This document shows positions 9,358 through 19,575 of a stretch of DNA of 64,000 nucleotides, one piece after another (position 1 is the first letter of the stretch; every line of letters starts with the position of its first letter). Both the position numbers and the translations under genes were made by a program. Where the stretch lies: contig DATJXN010000132.1 in the NCBI GenBank assembly GCA_035500095.1, forward strand, positions 34,371 to 98,370. The letters run 5' to 3'. The notes below the pieces were generated by a model. That model was not told where the DNA came from. It did not search any database and was given only the letters and a program-made list of their open reading frames with translations. This DNA is from Candidatus Binataceae bacterium. GTDB taxonomy: Bacteria > Desulfobacterota > Binatia > Binatales > Binataceae.

Positions 9358-10137
9358 ATGGAGCTCAAATTCATCAAGTACGAGAAGCGCGGCCACCTGG
9401 CCTATATCACGTTCAACCGCCCCGAGGTCATGAACGCGCTGCATCCGCCGTGTCACCTGGAGATGGACCAGGTGTGGGATGATTTCGTGGCCGACCGAGA
9501 GATGTGGGTCGCGATCCTGACCGGCGCCGGCGAGCGCGCGTTTTCCGCCGGCAACGACCTCAAATGGACCGCCGAGCATCGCGGCGAGCGCCCGCAGATG
9601 AGCAAGGGCGGCTTCGCCGGCATCACCTCGCGCTTCGACATCACCAAGCCGATCATCGCCGCGGTCAACGGCTTCGCGCTGGGCGGCGGATGCGAGATCG
9701 CGCTCGCCTGCGACATCATCATCGCGGCCGAGCACGCGCGCATGGGTCTGCCCGAGCCGCGGGTCGGCCTGATGGCTGCGGCCGGCGGCGTCCATCGCCT
9801 GCCGCGACATATCCCGCTCAAGATCGCGATGGGGATGATTCTTACCGGTAAGCATCTGAGCGCCGCCGAGGCTCATGGATGGGGTCTGGTCAACGAAGTC
9901 GTGCCGCTGAAGGAGCTGATGGCGACGGCGGAGCGATGGGCCGGCGAGATCATGGAATGTTCGCCCATATCGGTTCAGGCGAGCAAGGAAGCTGCGATGA
10001 CGGGGCTTGGGATGGGCCTGGAGGAGGCGTGCCGGCACAAGTTTCTCGCCACCGAGAGGTTGTGGAAGTCCAAGGACGCGATCGAAGGGCCGCTCGCGTT
10101 TGCGCAAAAGCGCAAACCGCAATGGAAGAACGAGTAG
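9358..10137 (+). CDS. enoyl-CoA hydratase/isomerase (crotonase) family protein
   Basis: ITFNRPEVMNALH, FSAGNDLK and AAVNGFALGGGCEIALACDIIIAAE..RMGLPE crotonase signatures. Confidence 0.92.
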   Translation: MELKFIKYEKRGHLAYITFNRPEVMNALHPPCHLEMDQVWDDFVADREMWVAILTGAGERAFSAGNDLKWTAEHRGERPQMSKGGFAGITSRFDITKPIIAAVNGFALGGGCEIALACDIIIAAEHARMGLPEPRVGLMAAAGGVHRLPRHIPLKIAMGMILTGKHLSAAEAHGWGLVNEVVPLKELMATAERWAGEIMECSPISVQASKEAAMTGLGMGLEEACRHKFLATERLWKSKDAIEGPLAFAQKRKPQWKNE

Positions 10138-10210
10138 CGAGGTAGGACGCAGCGCCACCGCGGCGGCCAAAGTCCGGAAGAGAACGGAAAGGCGCGCAGC
10201 AAGAGAGAAC

Positions 10211-10630
10211 ATGGCGATGGATCCGTTAGCCACCATCGAAGCGAAAAAAATGCCTTTCGCGGAACTGCTCGGCATCCGCGTCCTGACCGCGGCGCCCGAG
10301 CGCCTTACGGCCGAGATGGCCGTGCGCGACGATCTCTGCACCCTGCCGACGGTGCTGCATGGCGGAGCCGTGATGGCGTTCGCCGATTCGCTCGGCGCGT
10401 ATGCGACGATGATCAATCTGCCCGAGGGCGCAACAACCACGACGATCGAGTCGAAGACCAATTTCATCGCCCCGGCGCCGGTCGGCACCACCGTCACAGG
10501 CGAATGCGCAGCCTTGCATCGCGGGCGGCGCACGATGGTCTGGCAGACGCGGATCACCAATGCGCAGGGACGCCTGCTTGCAATTGTGACCCAGACCCAG
10601 TTGGTTCTGGAGCCGGCCGCGCGCAATTGA
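10211..10630 (+). CDS. PaaI-family hotdog-fold thioesterase
   Basis: Inner ATG 10211 of ORF 10007..10630. The sequence ...LGIRVL...HGGAVMAFADSLGAY...TIESKTNFIAP...G..A..T.TQ is a PaaI/4HBT pattern. Confidence 0.85.
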   Translation: MAMDPLATIEAKKMPFAELLGIRVLTAAPERLTAEMAVRDDLCTLPTVLHGGAVMAFADSLGAYATMINLPEGATTTTIESKTNFIAPAPVGTTVTGECAALHRGRRTMVWQTRITNAQGRLLAIVTQTQLVLEPAARN

Positions 10631-10685
10631 CATCGGCCCGGCTTAAGGCTTTTTAATGTGCGATCTTACCTCCAGGAGCGTGCAC

Positions 10686-11171
10686 ATGATGATTACGCGC
10701 CGCCACATGATGAAGACGATTGCCGGCTCAGCAGCGATAGCCTCGCAACTGTTCGCCGCGATCGCTCTGGCGGAGGCTGCCGAAGGCGCCGCCGCCACGG
10801 GCGAGACCAACCCAAAGGCTCCGAACCCCATTGCTGGAGACAAGGGCGTCACCGTGCGTCCGATCATGCAGCACGACTTGCCCGACATGCCCGGCAAGCA
10901 GATCAGCATGGTGGTCGTCGAATTCGCACCGGGCGCCGGGAACTCGCCGCATAGCCATCCGGGCTCGACGGTCGCCTACGTCCTGGAGGGTTCGGTGGTG
11001 AGCCAGGTCGATCCCGACAAACCGGTCACCTATCACGCCGGTCAGACCTGGTACGAACTCCCGGCTCATACGCATCGCATCGCCCGCAACGCGAGCAAGA
11101 CCCGGCCGGCAAAGATTCTCGCGGTGCTCATCTCGGAGAAGGGCCAGGACCTGGTTCTGCCGCCGACCTAA
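10686..11171 (+). CDS. exported cupin-domain protein
   Basis: AGGAG sits 8 nt upstream of ATG 10686. N-terminal MMITRRHMMKTIAGSAAIA is signal-like (possible Tat type). Cupin motif SPHSHPGSTVAYVLEG...H.H. Confidence 0.8.
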   Translation: MMITRRHMMKTIAGSAAIASQLFAAIALAEAAEGAAATGETNPKAPNPIAGDKGVTVRPIMQHDLPDMPGKQISMVVVEFAPGAGNSPHSHPGSTVAYVLEGSVVSQVDPDKPVTYHAGQTWYELPAHTHRIARNASKTRPAKILAVLISEKGQDLVLPPT

Positions 11172-11875
11172 TTCGCGCCGAGCGGGCGCGGCCGGGCGGC
11201 CGCGGCGTCCCTTTGGTCGAGCGCGGCGAGAGCGGAGCGCGGAAAAACCATCACCAGGAGATTCTGTCCGTCGGCCGTTGCGTTGTCGGCTCCGTATTCC
11301 AATGGATAGGGATAAAAGACCTGAGCCGCGCCGGGGCCGTATTTAGCGATCACGTCGCGAACGGATTGACGGTCGCCGACCACACCGATCGCCACGCGGT
11401 CGCCGCTCCACGGGCTGAGCCATATGCCCGAAGTAGTCAGCCCGACCGCGGGCGCCCGCCCCAGTTCAGCCATCACGCGATACTGAATATACGTATGGCG
11501 CGCCAGACGGCCGAGCAGCAGAGCGAAGACGCGCGAGTCGAGGAACTTGGCCATCGCGGCGTGGCGCGCAAGCTGCGGCCGCACCGGACGACCCGCGAGG
11601 ACCGTGCTTATCGTGCCGCGGCTGCGCAATTCGAACGCATCGAGATGTTCAGGGGCTAAGCCCGCGTCGAGCGCCAGGCGCGCGGCATGCAAAATGGACG
11701 CGAAGCGGTCGAGGTTATAGCGTGTGGCCATTTCTTCGACGGTCGCGAATTTGAACGCGGCCAATTCGCCGGGGTCGATTTGATAGAGCGCGACGCCGCC
11801 GACCTCGTTGCGGCGCCATCGGGCCCCTTCGAACAATCCTGCGAAACGCTTTTCTTCATTGGGGTCGATCAACAC
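11168..11875 (-). CDS. hypothetical protein
   Basis: 235-codon GTG-initiated ORF with high third-position G+C, tail-to-tail (convergent) with the cupin gene. No motif recognised. Confidence 0.6.
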   Translation of the reverse strand: MLIDPNEEKRFAGLFEGARWRRNEVGGVALYQIDPGELAAFKFATVEEMATRYNLDRFASILHAARLALDAGLAPEHLDAFELRSRGTISTVLAGRPVRPQLARHAAMAKFLDSRVFALLLGRLARHTYIQYRVMAELGRAPAVGLTTSGIWLSPWSGDRVAIGVVGDRQSVRDVIAKYGPGAAQVFYPYPLEYGADNATADGQNLLVMVFPRSALAALDQRDAAAARPRPLGAN

Positions 11876-11932
11876 CGTCCGGATGCCGTGGGTTGCGAGG
11901 AACGACGCAAACTGCGCGGTGTACCCGGGAAT

Positions 11933-13471
11933 CTACGGATCGTCGTCAGCCAACGCGGGCACTATAGGCCATCGCGCGAATTCGAGCGGGATGGTGTTTG
12001 CGAGCAGGCGAAGGCCTTGTGGGATCCTGAAGTGGAAGTTTGCTTCGGCCTGCCACAGCACGGCGTACCCCGAGGCACCGAAGGGAAGGATCAACACGTT
12101 CTCGTTCGCCGTGATATACCGCTTGTACATTCCCTCTTTGAAAAAGGCCGGCACATTGTCGCTGGCGACGTACGGCGTCAGCGGGAAGGCCGGCAGGATG
12201 CTAACGAGCGCTGCGCCGCACAGCACCCAGCGGCCCGCGGCGCGTCCTTCGCGGCGCGCCAGCCAGACCGCGGTGATCGTGGCGAAAACAAGAAACAGGT
12301 AAGCCGTGAACCGTGCCAGGAGGGCGTTGTTGAGCAACGGGATCGGCACCATAAAAAGCCAGGGCAGTGGCAGCAATGCCCGGCTGTTGAAATGAAGTAC
12401 TGGGCCCAGGGTGGCCACTGCGACGACAAGCCCCATCGCGAGCAGCATCCGCTCGCGCGGCGAACGCGGACGGTTGCTGGCGAAAAGAAGCGCCACCACT
12501 GGCAGCAGGCCGAGATACGCGGTGGGTTCGCATCCCCAGGTCACACGCTTTCTCAGCCAGCGCATTGGCTGCGCGCGCGAGAACATGCTCGGGTCGGTCG
12601 GGAACACGAAGTTCAGCAGATCTGTCGAGCAATGCGCAGGATTGTAAATCGGCGCAATCCCGAAGGGCGAGGGGAAGAAGCGCACGAGATAGGGCGCCAG
12701 CACAAGCGCGGCGAGGCCGTATGAGATTGCCGCGACGCGGCTCAGGTTTTTCAGCCGCGCGCGATGGGCTTCGTCGAATGTCCCCATTGCCAGGACAATC
12801 GCGATGGCGCCGAACAGCGTTGCGGTAGCGAGTATCTCGGGCGAGAGCAGAAATTGGCCGATTACGAGCGCGCTCAAAGCCGTAACGTATTTAGCGCGGT
12901 CGAATCCATGGGCGGTTTCGCGGCTCAGAAAGGAAAGAGCCAGGTACGGGAAGAGCGGCAGCAGAAAGACCATCGCGAGCGACAGGTGGTCGAGTAACTC
13001 CCAGCTAATGTACGTCGAGAAGCCGAACACGAAGCCACCGGCCAATGACGCGCGGAAGTTGCCGGTGAGATAGCGGCAGAGCGCGAACGCAGTGAACGCG
13101 CTTAGCGCCGGGGTCATCAGGCAAAGAAGATTGTAGGTGGCGACGATCCCGGCGGCGCGCGTGACCGGCCACATCGCGAGCGCGGCGCCCGGGAACGTCG
13201 TCGACCAGGCGAGCGTGCATCCAGCCGGCGCCCAGGCGGCGTGGGTAAAAAGTGGATCCAGGCGATGCGCGAGCGCGTATGGATACCAGGCGAGTCCCCA
13301 CATCGGAATCTGCGCGTCGCCGGCGGCTTCGAGACCGAGGCGGAGATGGGAAAACCCGCTCCAAAGCGGAATCCCGAAAAAGGCGACCGATGCGATCGCG
13401 TAGAGAACAAGGGCGGCCGCGGTCTGTGCGCGCCGCAGTCGCGAAGCCGCGCTGCGCGCGGGCGATGTCAT
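11933..13471 (-). CDS. polytopic membrane protein of unknown function
   Basis: Many hydrophobic segments. Start set at ATG 13471 (MTSPARS...), just after the stop of the upstream monooxygenase gene at 13488; the longer track ORF would overlap that gene. Confidence 0.7.
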   Translation of the reverse strand: MTSPARSAASRLRRAQTAAALVLYAIASVAFFGIPLWSGFSHLRLGLEAAGDAQIPMWGLAWYPYALAHRLDPLFTHAAWAPAGCTLAWSTTFPGAALAMWPVTRAAGIVATYNLLCLMTPALSAFTAFALCRYLTGNFRASLAGGFVFGFSTYISWELLDHLSLAMVFLLPLFPYLALSFLSRETAHGFDRAKYVTALSALVIGQFLLSPEILATATLFGAIAIVLAMGTFDEAHRARLKNLSRVAAISYGLAALVLAPYLVRFFPSPFGIAPIYNPAHCSTDLLNFVFPTDPSMFSRAQPMRWLRKRVTWGCEPTAYLGLLPVVALLFASNRPRSPRERMLLAMGLVVAVATLGPVLHFNSRALLPLPWLFMVPIPLLNNALLARFTAYLFLVFATITAVWLARREGRAAGRWVLCGAALVSILPAFPLTPYVASDNVPAFFKEGMYKRYITANENVLILPFGASGYAVLWQAEANFHFRIPQGLRLLANTIPLEFARWPIVPALADDDP

Positions 13472-13487
13472 CGATAGGCGCGCGCGG

Positions 13488-14894
13488 TCAGGCGGAAAGG
13501 CGCGCGGGCGCCGGGACATCGGATTTCGTCCCGCTGCGGTAACTGCTGTAGGCGGCACCGGGATGGTCGTCGACGAGGCGCTTTTGGCCCTTGCCGAAGT
13601 AGTGTTCGCGCAGCGTGCTTGCCTCGTACTCCTTGCGCAAGAGCCCGCGGCGCTGCAATTCGGGCACGACCAGGTCGACGAAGCTTTCATAGTCGACGGG
13701 CGTATCTACCGAAAAATAGTTGAAGCCGTCCACCCCGCCCTCGACGATCCATCGCTCGAGTTCGTCGGTGATGCGCCGGTAGTCTCCCACCGGCACAGGC
13801 ATCACGCTCGCGATCGAGACGAACTCGGCGATCTCGCGCATCGTCCATTCGCGGGTCGAATCGACCGAGGAGAAGTACTGCGCGAGGAACTGCATCCCGT
13901 CGGAATTCACGTTGCCGATTTTGTCGTCCGGGCCGTACTTGGAAAGATCGATCCCGGTCCATCCGCTGAACAGCGCGAACGCGCCCTCGGGGCTCGCGTA
14001 CCGCAGCATCTCCTCGTGCTTGCGGCGCGCCTCGGCGTCGGTGGTGCCGACCACCGGCGCGATCGCGAGCAGAATCTTCATATGTTTGGGGTCGCGGCCG
14101 CGCTCGGCGGCAAGCTCGCGGATCCGGTCGCAGTAGGCGCGGCACACGGTGGTGTTGGGAAAGACCACGAACACCGCCTCGGCGTGAGTCGCCGCGAACC
14201 GCATCCCGCGGCCCGAAAGACCTGCCTGGTAAACCACCGGCGTGCGCTGCGGCGAAGGTTCGCACAGATGCGGCCCGAGCACGTCGAAATATTTTCCCCG
14301 ATGGCGAATCTCGTGAACCTTGGAAGGGTCGGTATGGATATCGCGCTCGGCGTCGCGCACGACCGCGTCCTCTTCCCAGCTCTGTTCCCAGAGCTTGTAC
14401 ACGACCTCCATGTACTCGTCGGCGCGATCGTAGCGTTCGTCGTGCGGCAATATCTTGCCGAGTCCGTTTCTTTCGGCGTCGGGCAGATATGAGGTTACGA
14501 CGTTCCATCCCACGCGCCCTTTTGTCAGATGGTCGAGCGTCGAGAACAACTTCGCGGCCTGGTACGGGGGATGGTAGGTCGTGCTGTAGGTGGTGGCGAA
14601 CCCGAGATGTCGCGTCACCATCGCGAGCGCTGGGATAAGCACGGTCGGGTCGTTGCACGGAAACTGCACGGCGTGACGCACGGCCGCGTCGCGGGTGCCG
14701 CAGAACGCGTCGTAGGTGCCGTGGATATCAGCGAAGAAGAACGCATCGAAGCGCCCGCGCTCCAGCGTGCGCGCGATTTCGGCATAGTACTCGAGGTCGC
14801 GGTAGCCGGTCGAAGAGCGATCCCGGGGATGCTTCCACTGGCCCTTGGATTGCGGACAAACCGAGCATTGGGTGAAAGCGTTGAGATGGATCAC
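13488..14894 (-). CDS. LLM-class flavin-dependent monooxygenase, NtaA/SnaA/DszA family
   Basis: 468 aa. N-terminus MIHLNAF......Q.KGQW.HP and the overall pattern (FFFADIHG, GRVGWNVVTS, ERYDRADEYMEVVYKLW) are typical of the family. Confidence 0.9.
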   Translation of the reverse strand: MIHLNAFTQCSVCPQSKGQWKHPRDRSSTGYRDLEYYAEIARTLERGRFDAFFFADIHGTYDAFCGTRDAAVRHAVQFPCNDPTVLIPALAMVTRHLGFATTYSTTYHPPYQAAKLFSTLDHLTKGRVGWNVVTSYLPDAERNGLGKILPHDERYDRADEYMEVVYKLWEQSWEEDAVVRDAERDIHTDPSKVHEIRHRGKYFDVLGPHLCEPSPQRTPVVYQAGLSGRGMRFAATHAEAVFVVFPNTTVCRAYCDRIRELAAERGRDPKHMKILLAIAPVVGTTDAEARRKHEEMLRYASPEGAFALFSGWTGIDLSKYGPDDKIGNVNSDGMQFLAQYFSSVDSTREWTMREIAEFVSIASVMPVPVGDYRRITDELERWIVEGGVDGFNYFSVDTPVDYESFVDLVVPELQRRGLLRKEYEASTLREHYFGKGQKRLVDDHPGAAYSSYRSGTKSDVPAPARLSA

Positions 14895-15054
14895 GGGCGG
14901 TCCTCCTCGAGGCTTGCAGGCGCGCCGATCACGCGCGCAACTCCGCCCAGATTATCGCGGCCGGTCGGATTTAAGAAACGGATTTAGGAAAAGAGCGTCC
15001 GTGATGCAACCGCGTGTTCAGCGGATAGCCTCGGCCCCGCGACGGCCGGACCTT

Positions 15055-15759
15055 TCAGTAACCCGGGTTGCGCCGTGCGAGGCCGCCGAACCGGTCGAGC
15101 ATCCGCTCGCGCCACGCGGCGATGGGGTCGTCTGCTTCGAGCAGAACGTAGTCGCTTATCGTTCGCGCCCATTGAAAGCCGCCGAACACGATGTAGTCGG
15201 GATAGAGCGGCGCCGCGCCGCCGAGAAACGGCTGCGATCTTAGCGTCATCCTGAGCGGTTCGAGCGTCTGGCGAAAACCGCCGATGCGCGCGTCGCGATT
15301 CGCGCACAACTGCTCGAGCGTCATGCCGAAGCGTTCCGCACGGGAGCGGCGGAAATATTCCTGATCGCGCGGGTCGAGATGGCGGACGATGCCGAGCGCG
15401 ACGAAGGTCGAGATTCCGCGGTTTTGCACCGTGTCGGCCCAGCTATTGATGAAGCGCGCGGCGGCCCGTCCAGCGGCGCCGCCGAACAGCGAGGGGCGGT
15501 CGGGATAGGTGTCTTCGAGATGGTTGGCGATCGCCCATGAATCAGCGATCACGCGGCCGCCATCTTCGATCACCGGTACGCGGTCCTGTCCCGAATGAGC
15601 GATCGCTGCCTTGTCGCTGAAGCGCCACGGGATCGTCTCGACCTCGAGGCCCTTGTGCGCGAGGGCCATCCGGATGCGCCAGCAGTAGGGACTGAACCTG
15701 CGCTCGGGCTCTGCGCCTGCGAGGTCATACATCCTGATCGGCGGGTTTGTTGCCGTCAT
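15055..15759 (-). CDS. glutathione S-transferase family protein
   Basis: N-terminal thioredoxin-like GST fold motif (RFSPYCWRIRMALAHKGL...VPVIEDGG.VI.DSWAI..HL). Confidence 0.85.
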   Translation of the reverse strand: MTATNPPIRMYDLAGAEPERRFSPYCWRIRMALAHKGLEVETIPWRFSDKAAIAHSGQDRVPVIEDGGRVIADSWAIANHLEDTYPDRPSLFGGAAGRAAARFINSWADTVQNRGISTFVALGIVRHLDPRDQEYFRRSRAERFGMTLEQLCANRDARIGGFRQTLEPLRMTLRSQPFLGGAAPLYPDYIVFGGFQWARTISDYVLLEADDPIAAWRERMLDRFGGLARRNPGY

Positions 15760-15813
15760 ATGTCCTCCCGCGCGGTTTGTTGCGCCGCGCCCGCGAGCGG
15801 GCGACGGGATCGT

Positions 15814-16248
15814 TTAAGGAGTGGGCGACGCCGCGGGAAATCCCATTTTCTCGGCCGACTCGGGATAGAGCCAGAGCGTCTGACCCGATAGCGGGCCGTC
15901 GAGCGCGCGGACCTGGTGTCCGCCATTTTCGCTCGGGGCGGTTTCTCCGACCAGCGTGCCGGCCGGCACCATCACAAGGTTATGATGGTAAAAGAGCTTG
16001 CTCACTTCCATCGCGCCGAAAGCATCGAACTCGCGGAGCGCCGCGGAGCCTGCCGCATAGTCTTCCTTGCTGTCGGCCGCGATCCATTCCTTCTCGAGAC
16101 GCCATTGCTTGCCCGTGATGGGGGGCAGGTTGGCTGCCGGTGCCCTGGCCGTTGTGGAGGCCGAAGATTTGCAGGACATGAGCGCGGGAGCGAGGCCGGC
16201 CAGCAGGGCGGCGCAGACGGAAAGTGCGAGCGGGGTTTTTCTGTTCAC
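15814..16248 (-). CDS. lipoprotein, function unknown
   Basis: Signal peptide with lipobox LMSC. 144 aa, no other motif. Confidence 0.6.
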   Translation of the reverse strand: MNRKTPLALSVCAALLAGLAPALMSCKSSASTTARAPAANLPPITGKQWRLEKEWIAADSKEDYAAGSAALREFDAFGAMEVSKLFYHHNLVMVPAGTLVGETAPSENGGHQVRALDGPLSGQTLWLYPESAEKMGFPAASPTP

Positions 16249-16312
16249 AGGATCTTTCCGAAGGCTCCTTTCAGGGCGCTCTTGTCAGGCGGTCTTGTCG
16301 TGTGCTTGCCGG

Positions 16313-17212
16313 TTAGATGATCTTGTTGAGCGGAAATTCGATTATCCCGACCGCGCCCGCTTCGAGCAGTTTGGGGAAAAGCTCGCGCACCGTGTGCTCG
16401 GCGATCACGGTCTCGACCGCGGTCCATTCCTTGCCCTTGAGATTGGGCGAGGGATAGAGCGAGGAGACGGTCGGCGCGGTGATCGAGGGCAAAAGCGCGA
16501 TCACCTTTTCGAGATTCTCCCGCGCGACGTTCATCTTGATCCCAACGCGGTTCTCGGCGTCGAGCGCGCCGCGCAGCAGCATTCCGATCTGCCGAATCTT
16601 GGCCTGCTTCCATCCGACCGCCCAGGCGCCCGGGTTGGCCACCAGCACCGGTGTCGAAGTCAGAAGCTCCTCGACGATGCGCAAGCCGTTGGCGCGCAGC
16701 GACGAGCCCGTCTCGGTGACCTCGACGACCGCGTCGACCAGTCCCTCGGCAGCCTTGGCTTCGGTGGCGCCCCATGAAAACTCAACTTCAACTTTAACTT
16801 TACGTTCGGCGAAGATGCGCCGCGTGAAGGCGACCATCTCGGTCGCCACGCGCTTGCCATCGAGGTCCTCCACCCGGCGCACCGGCGAGGAATCGGGCAC
16901 CGCCAGCACCCATCGCGTCGGCGCGAGCGAGACTTTGGAGTAGGTGAAGCTTTCGACCTCGTGCAGCTTGACCGCGTTCTCGACGATCCAGTCGCTGCCG
17001 GTGATGCCGGCGTCGAGCGACCCGTCGGCGATATAACGCGGCATCTCTTGCGGGCGCAGCAGCCGGCAGCTGAGCGTCGGATCGTCGACGCTCGGCATGT
17101 AGGAGCGCGCACCGACCGACACGCGCCATCCCGACTTGCGCATCAGCTCGATAGTCTGGGCTTCCAGGCTGCCCTTGGGTAGTCCGAATTTGAGTACGTT
17201 GTCAGCAGCCAT
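16313..17212 (-). CDS. hisG: ATP phosphoribosyltransferase (long form)
   Basis: Inner ATG 17212 of ORF 16313..17470: MAADNVLKFGLPKGSLE...LRPQEMPRYIADGSLDAGITGSDW...plus a C-terminal regulatory domain. Confidence 0.92.
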   Translation of the reverse strand: MAADNVLKFGLPKGSLEAQTIELMRKSGWRVSVGARSYMPSVDDPTLSCRLLRPQEMPRYIADGSLDAGITGSDWIVENAVKLHEVESFTYSKVSLAPTRWVLAVPDSSPVRRVEDLDGKRVATEMVAFTRRIFAERKVKVEVEFSWGATEAKAAEGLVDAVVEVTETGSSLRANGLRIVEELLTSTPVLVANPGAWAVGWKQAKIRQIGMLLRGALDAENRVGIKMNVARENLEKVIALLPSITAPTVSSLYPSPNLKGKEWTAVETVIAEHTVRELFPKLLEAGAVGIIEFPLNKII

Positions 17213-17267
17213 AATCGCTCGCGTTCTATACGAGTTACGGACTTCGAAAATGCGAAAGCGCCGCGGC

Positions 17268-17705
17268 TTAGTGCGCCGGCTTCGGCTGATGGCCATAGCC
17301 GGGGCCGTACTTGGCCGGGTCCACGCGGCGCGTGTCCACGGTCTGCCAGGCTCCGTCGCGCAGGATGCGAAAGAAGCACGACTCGAAGCCCTCGTGGCAC
17401 GCCGCGCGGTCGCCATGCTGCTCGACCGAGAGCAGGAGGGTGTCGTTGTCGCAATCGATGCGGATTTCATGCACGGTCTGGTAGTTGCCCGACTCCTCGC
17501 CCTTGCGCCACAGGCGGTTGCGCGAGCGCGAGAAATAGCAGGCGTGGCCGGTTTTGACGGTCTCTTCGAACGCCTCGCGGTTCATGTAGGCGACCATTAG
17601 AAGCCGTCCGCTTTGATAATCCTGGGCGATGACCGGGACGACGCCGCCGCTCTTTTCGAAATCGATTTGTGCGGCCGCCGCTTGCGATGCTGACTGGGTT
17701 TCCAT
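17268..17705 (-). CDS. hisI: phosphoribosyl-AMP cyclohydrolase
   Basis: [55 protein letters not shown] HisI signature. ATG 17705 is preferred; 17735 is the alternative. Confidence 0.9.
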   Translation of the reverse strand: METQSASQAAAAQIDFEKSGGVVPVIAQDYQSGRLLMVAYMNREAFEETVKTGHACYFSRSRNRLWRKGEESGNYQTVHEIRIDCDNDTLLLSVEQHGDRAACHEGFESCFFRILRDGAWQTVDTRRVDPAKYGPGYGHQPKPAH

Positions 17706-17958
17706 CTGCGTGCGCCGGTTTCCGTACGCCGGCAAGCTCCTTTGGTGAACACGAAAGTATCGATTAAAGCAGGGAGCGTTTCAATGCCGCGGGGCCTGCC
17801 TACGTCTTATTGACAGCCAACTTCATCTGCACGTGGTTTCAAATTCGAACCGCGCATGTATAAATTCGCCCCTGGGGTATTCTTGGGGGGAGAACCGGGT
17901 CGGCATCCGCCTGCCCTGTGCAATCAAAGGGCTGTTAGCCGATGAGCCATAGTCGAAA

Positions 17959-18822
17959 ATGAATCTGCCCCGGGCGTTAAAGGGCGCGCTCGCCGCGGCG
18001 CTGATCGTTCCCCTCGCGGCGACGGGCGCCTGCAGGCGCGCCGCCAGAACCGAGCCGCGGCCAAAGCCCGCCTTTGCGCCCTTTAACTTCCAAATCGAAG
18101 TCGGCGCCGACCACTATAATATCGAAGGCTTTATAGCACATGCCGCCGGCCCGGGACGCCTGCCCGCGCTGCTCGTGCTGACGGCGGGCGAGGGCAACGC
18201 GCGCCGCTGTATCGAGCAAAGCGGAGGGCTGGTCGCGATGGGCATGCTGGAGGCCTGCATCAGTATCCCCGGCTACGGCAAGTCCTCTGGGCCGAGCCGC
18301 TTCGTTGGACCGCAGGCGGTCGAAGCGGCGCATCGCGCCGTTGACCTGATGGCGGTGCGGCCGGACGTCGATCCGGACCGTATCGCGGTGTGGGGGTTGT
18401 CGGACGGCGCGGTGGCAGCGGGCCTGTTGATGGACAGCGATCCGCGGCTGCGCGCGGTGATTCTGCAATCGGGATTTTACGACACGCTCAAGATGTGGCC
18501 CGAGGCGCCGCTGCGCGAGAAGGTGACCATCCTGCGCCAGGTCTTTCCGAGCCATCGCGTGCTCGCCGAGCGCAGCGTGATCGCTCACCTGCCGCCCAAG
18601 CTCGATTGCAGCGTCCTGATCATGCACGGCGAGCATGACAAGAAGATGCCCGTGCAGCAGGCCAAGCGGTTGGCGCAGGAGCTGCAAAGCCGCGGCGCCA
18701 AGGTCGAGACGCGCTTTTTCGACGACGGCCACGATCTTGGCGGGAAAGTCGACGGACCGCTCAAGGAATTCCTGCGCGAGAATCTGATCGCTGCCGGACC
18801 GCGCGCACACGCGCCGTCCTGA
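17959..18822 (+). CDS. alpha/beta hydrolase (dienelactone hydrolase / S9-like), exported
   Basis: Signal or lipoprotein-like N-terminus (LAATGAC), nucleophile elbow GLSDG, and a C-terminal HGEHD...DDGH pattern. Confidence 0.8.
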   Translation: MNLPRALKGALAAALIVPLAATGACRRAARTEPRPKPAFAPFNFQIEVGADHYNIEGFIAHAAGPGRLPALLVLTAGEGNARRCIEQSGGLVAMGMLEACISIPGYGKSSGPSRFVGPQAVEAAHRAVDLMAVRPDVDPDRIAVWGLSDGAVAAGLLMDSDPRLRAVILQSGFYDTLKMWPEAPLREKVTILRQVFPSHRVLAERSVIAHLPPKLDCSVLIMHGEHDKKMPVQQAKRLAQELQSRGAKVETRFFDDGHDLGGKVDGPLKEFLRENLIAAGPRAHAPS

Positions 18823-18872
18823 GACCGCAAGTAACCCTTCAATTTGGGAGAGACGTGACCGGGTGTACGGCC

Positions 18873-19334
18873 TCAGGCGAGCGCCTCGACCGCCTGGACG
18901 ACAGCGTCGGCGTGGCCCACAACCTTGACCTTGGGGAAGACCTTGCGAATCATGCCGTCGCGGTCGATGACGAAAGTGGTGCGCTCGATTCCCATGAACT
19001 CGCGTCCGTATAGCGACTTTTTCTTATAGACCCCGTAAAGCCGGGTGACCCGATTGCCGGGGTCGCTCAGCAGCGGAAAACTAAGCTCGTGCTTGTCGAT
19101 GAACTTGCGATGCGATTCGGGCGAATCGGCGCTGACGCCGACCACCTGCGCGCCGGCCGCCCGGAGCCGCGCCGCGACGTCGCGAAAGTCGCACGCCTCG
19201 GTCGTGCATCCGGGCGTCATGTCCTTGGGATAAAAGTAAAGGACGAGATTGCCGCGGCCGAGCAGTTCCTTTAGCGACACCGTAGCGCCGCCGGCGTCGG
19301 GAAGCTCGAAAGGCGGGGCCATACGTCCCTCCAT
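18873..19334 (-). CDS. bcp: thioredoxin-dependent peroxiredoxin Bcp
   Basis: LYFYPKDMTPGCTTEACDFRD Bcp active-site motif. Start at ATG 19334 or 19322. Confidence 0.9.
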   Translation of the reverse strand: MEGRMAPPFELPDAGGATVSLKELLGRGNLVLYFYPKDMTPGCTTEACDFRDVAARLRAAGAQVVGVSADSPESHRKFIDKHELSFPLLSDPGNRVTRLYGVYKKKSLYGREFMGIERTTFVIDRDGMIRKVFPKVKVVGHADAVVQAVEALA

Positions 19335-19575
19335 CGCGTGCGTCGCTCCCTTGGCGGCCGCTCTCGGGGTCCCGGTGTTGCGCGTCCTGGTCATCTCGCT
19401 TCTCGATGGACTTCACGATTTCATCATTTGCACCGCGGGTAAAGCTCTCAACGCTCTACTACGCGGTAAAAAACACTTGTGCCGCAACGGCTTTGCCCGG
19501 ATCGTAGTTGACGGACTCTCGGGTAGCCTCTATGCTTGCGGCGAGCGAGCGTCCGACCAAAATAACGTCATCTTC

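Noticed and set aside
9115-10626. 503-aa minus-strand ORF
   Set aside because: It is antisense to the crotonase and PaaI thioesterase genes, which have clear family motifs. Its translation is Arg/Ala/Gly/Pro-rich with no motif, the typical shadow ORF of high-G+C DNA.
17836-17860. attcgaacc resembling a tRNA T-loop
   Set aside because: The flanking bases do not form a T-stem, and no acceptor or anticodon arms can be drawn. I found no tRNA anywhere in the window.
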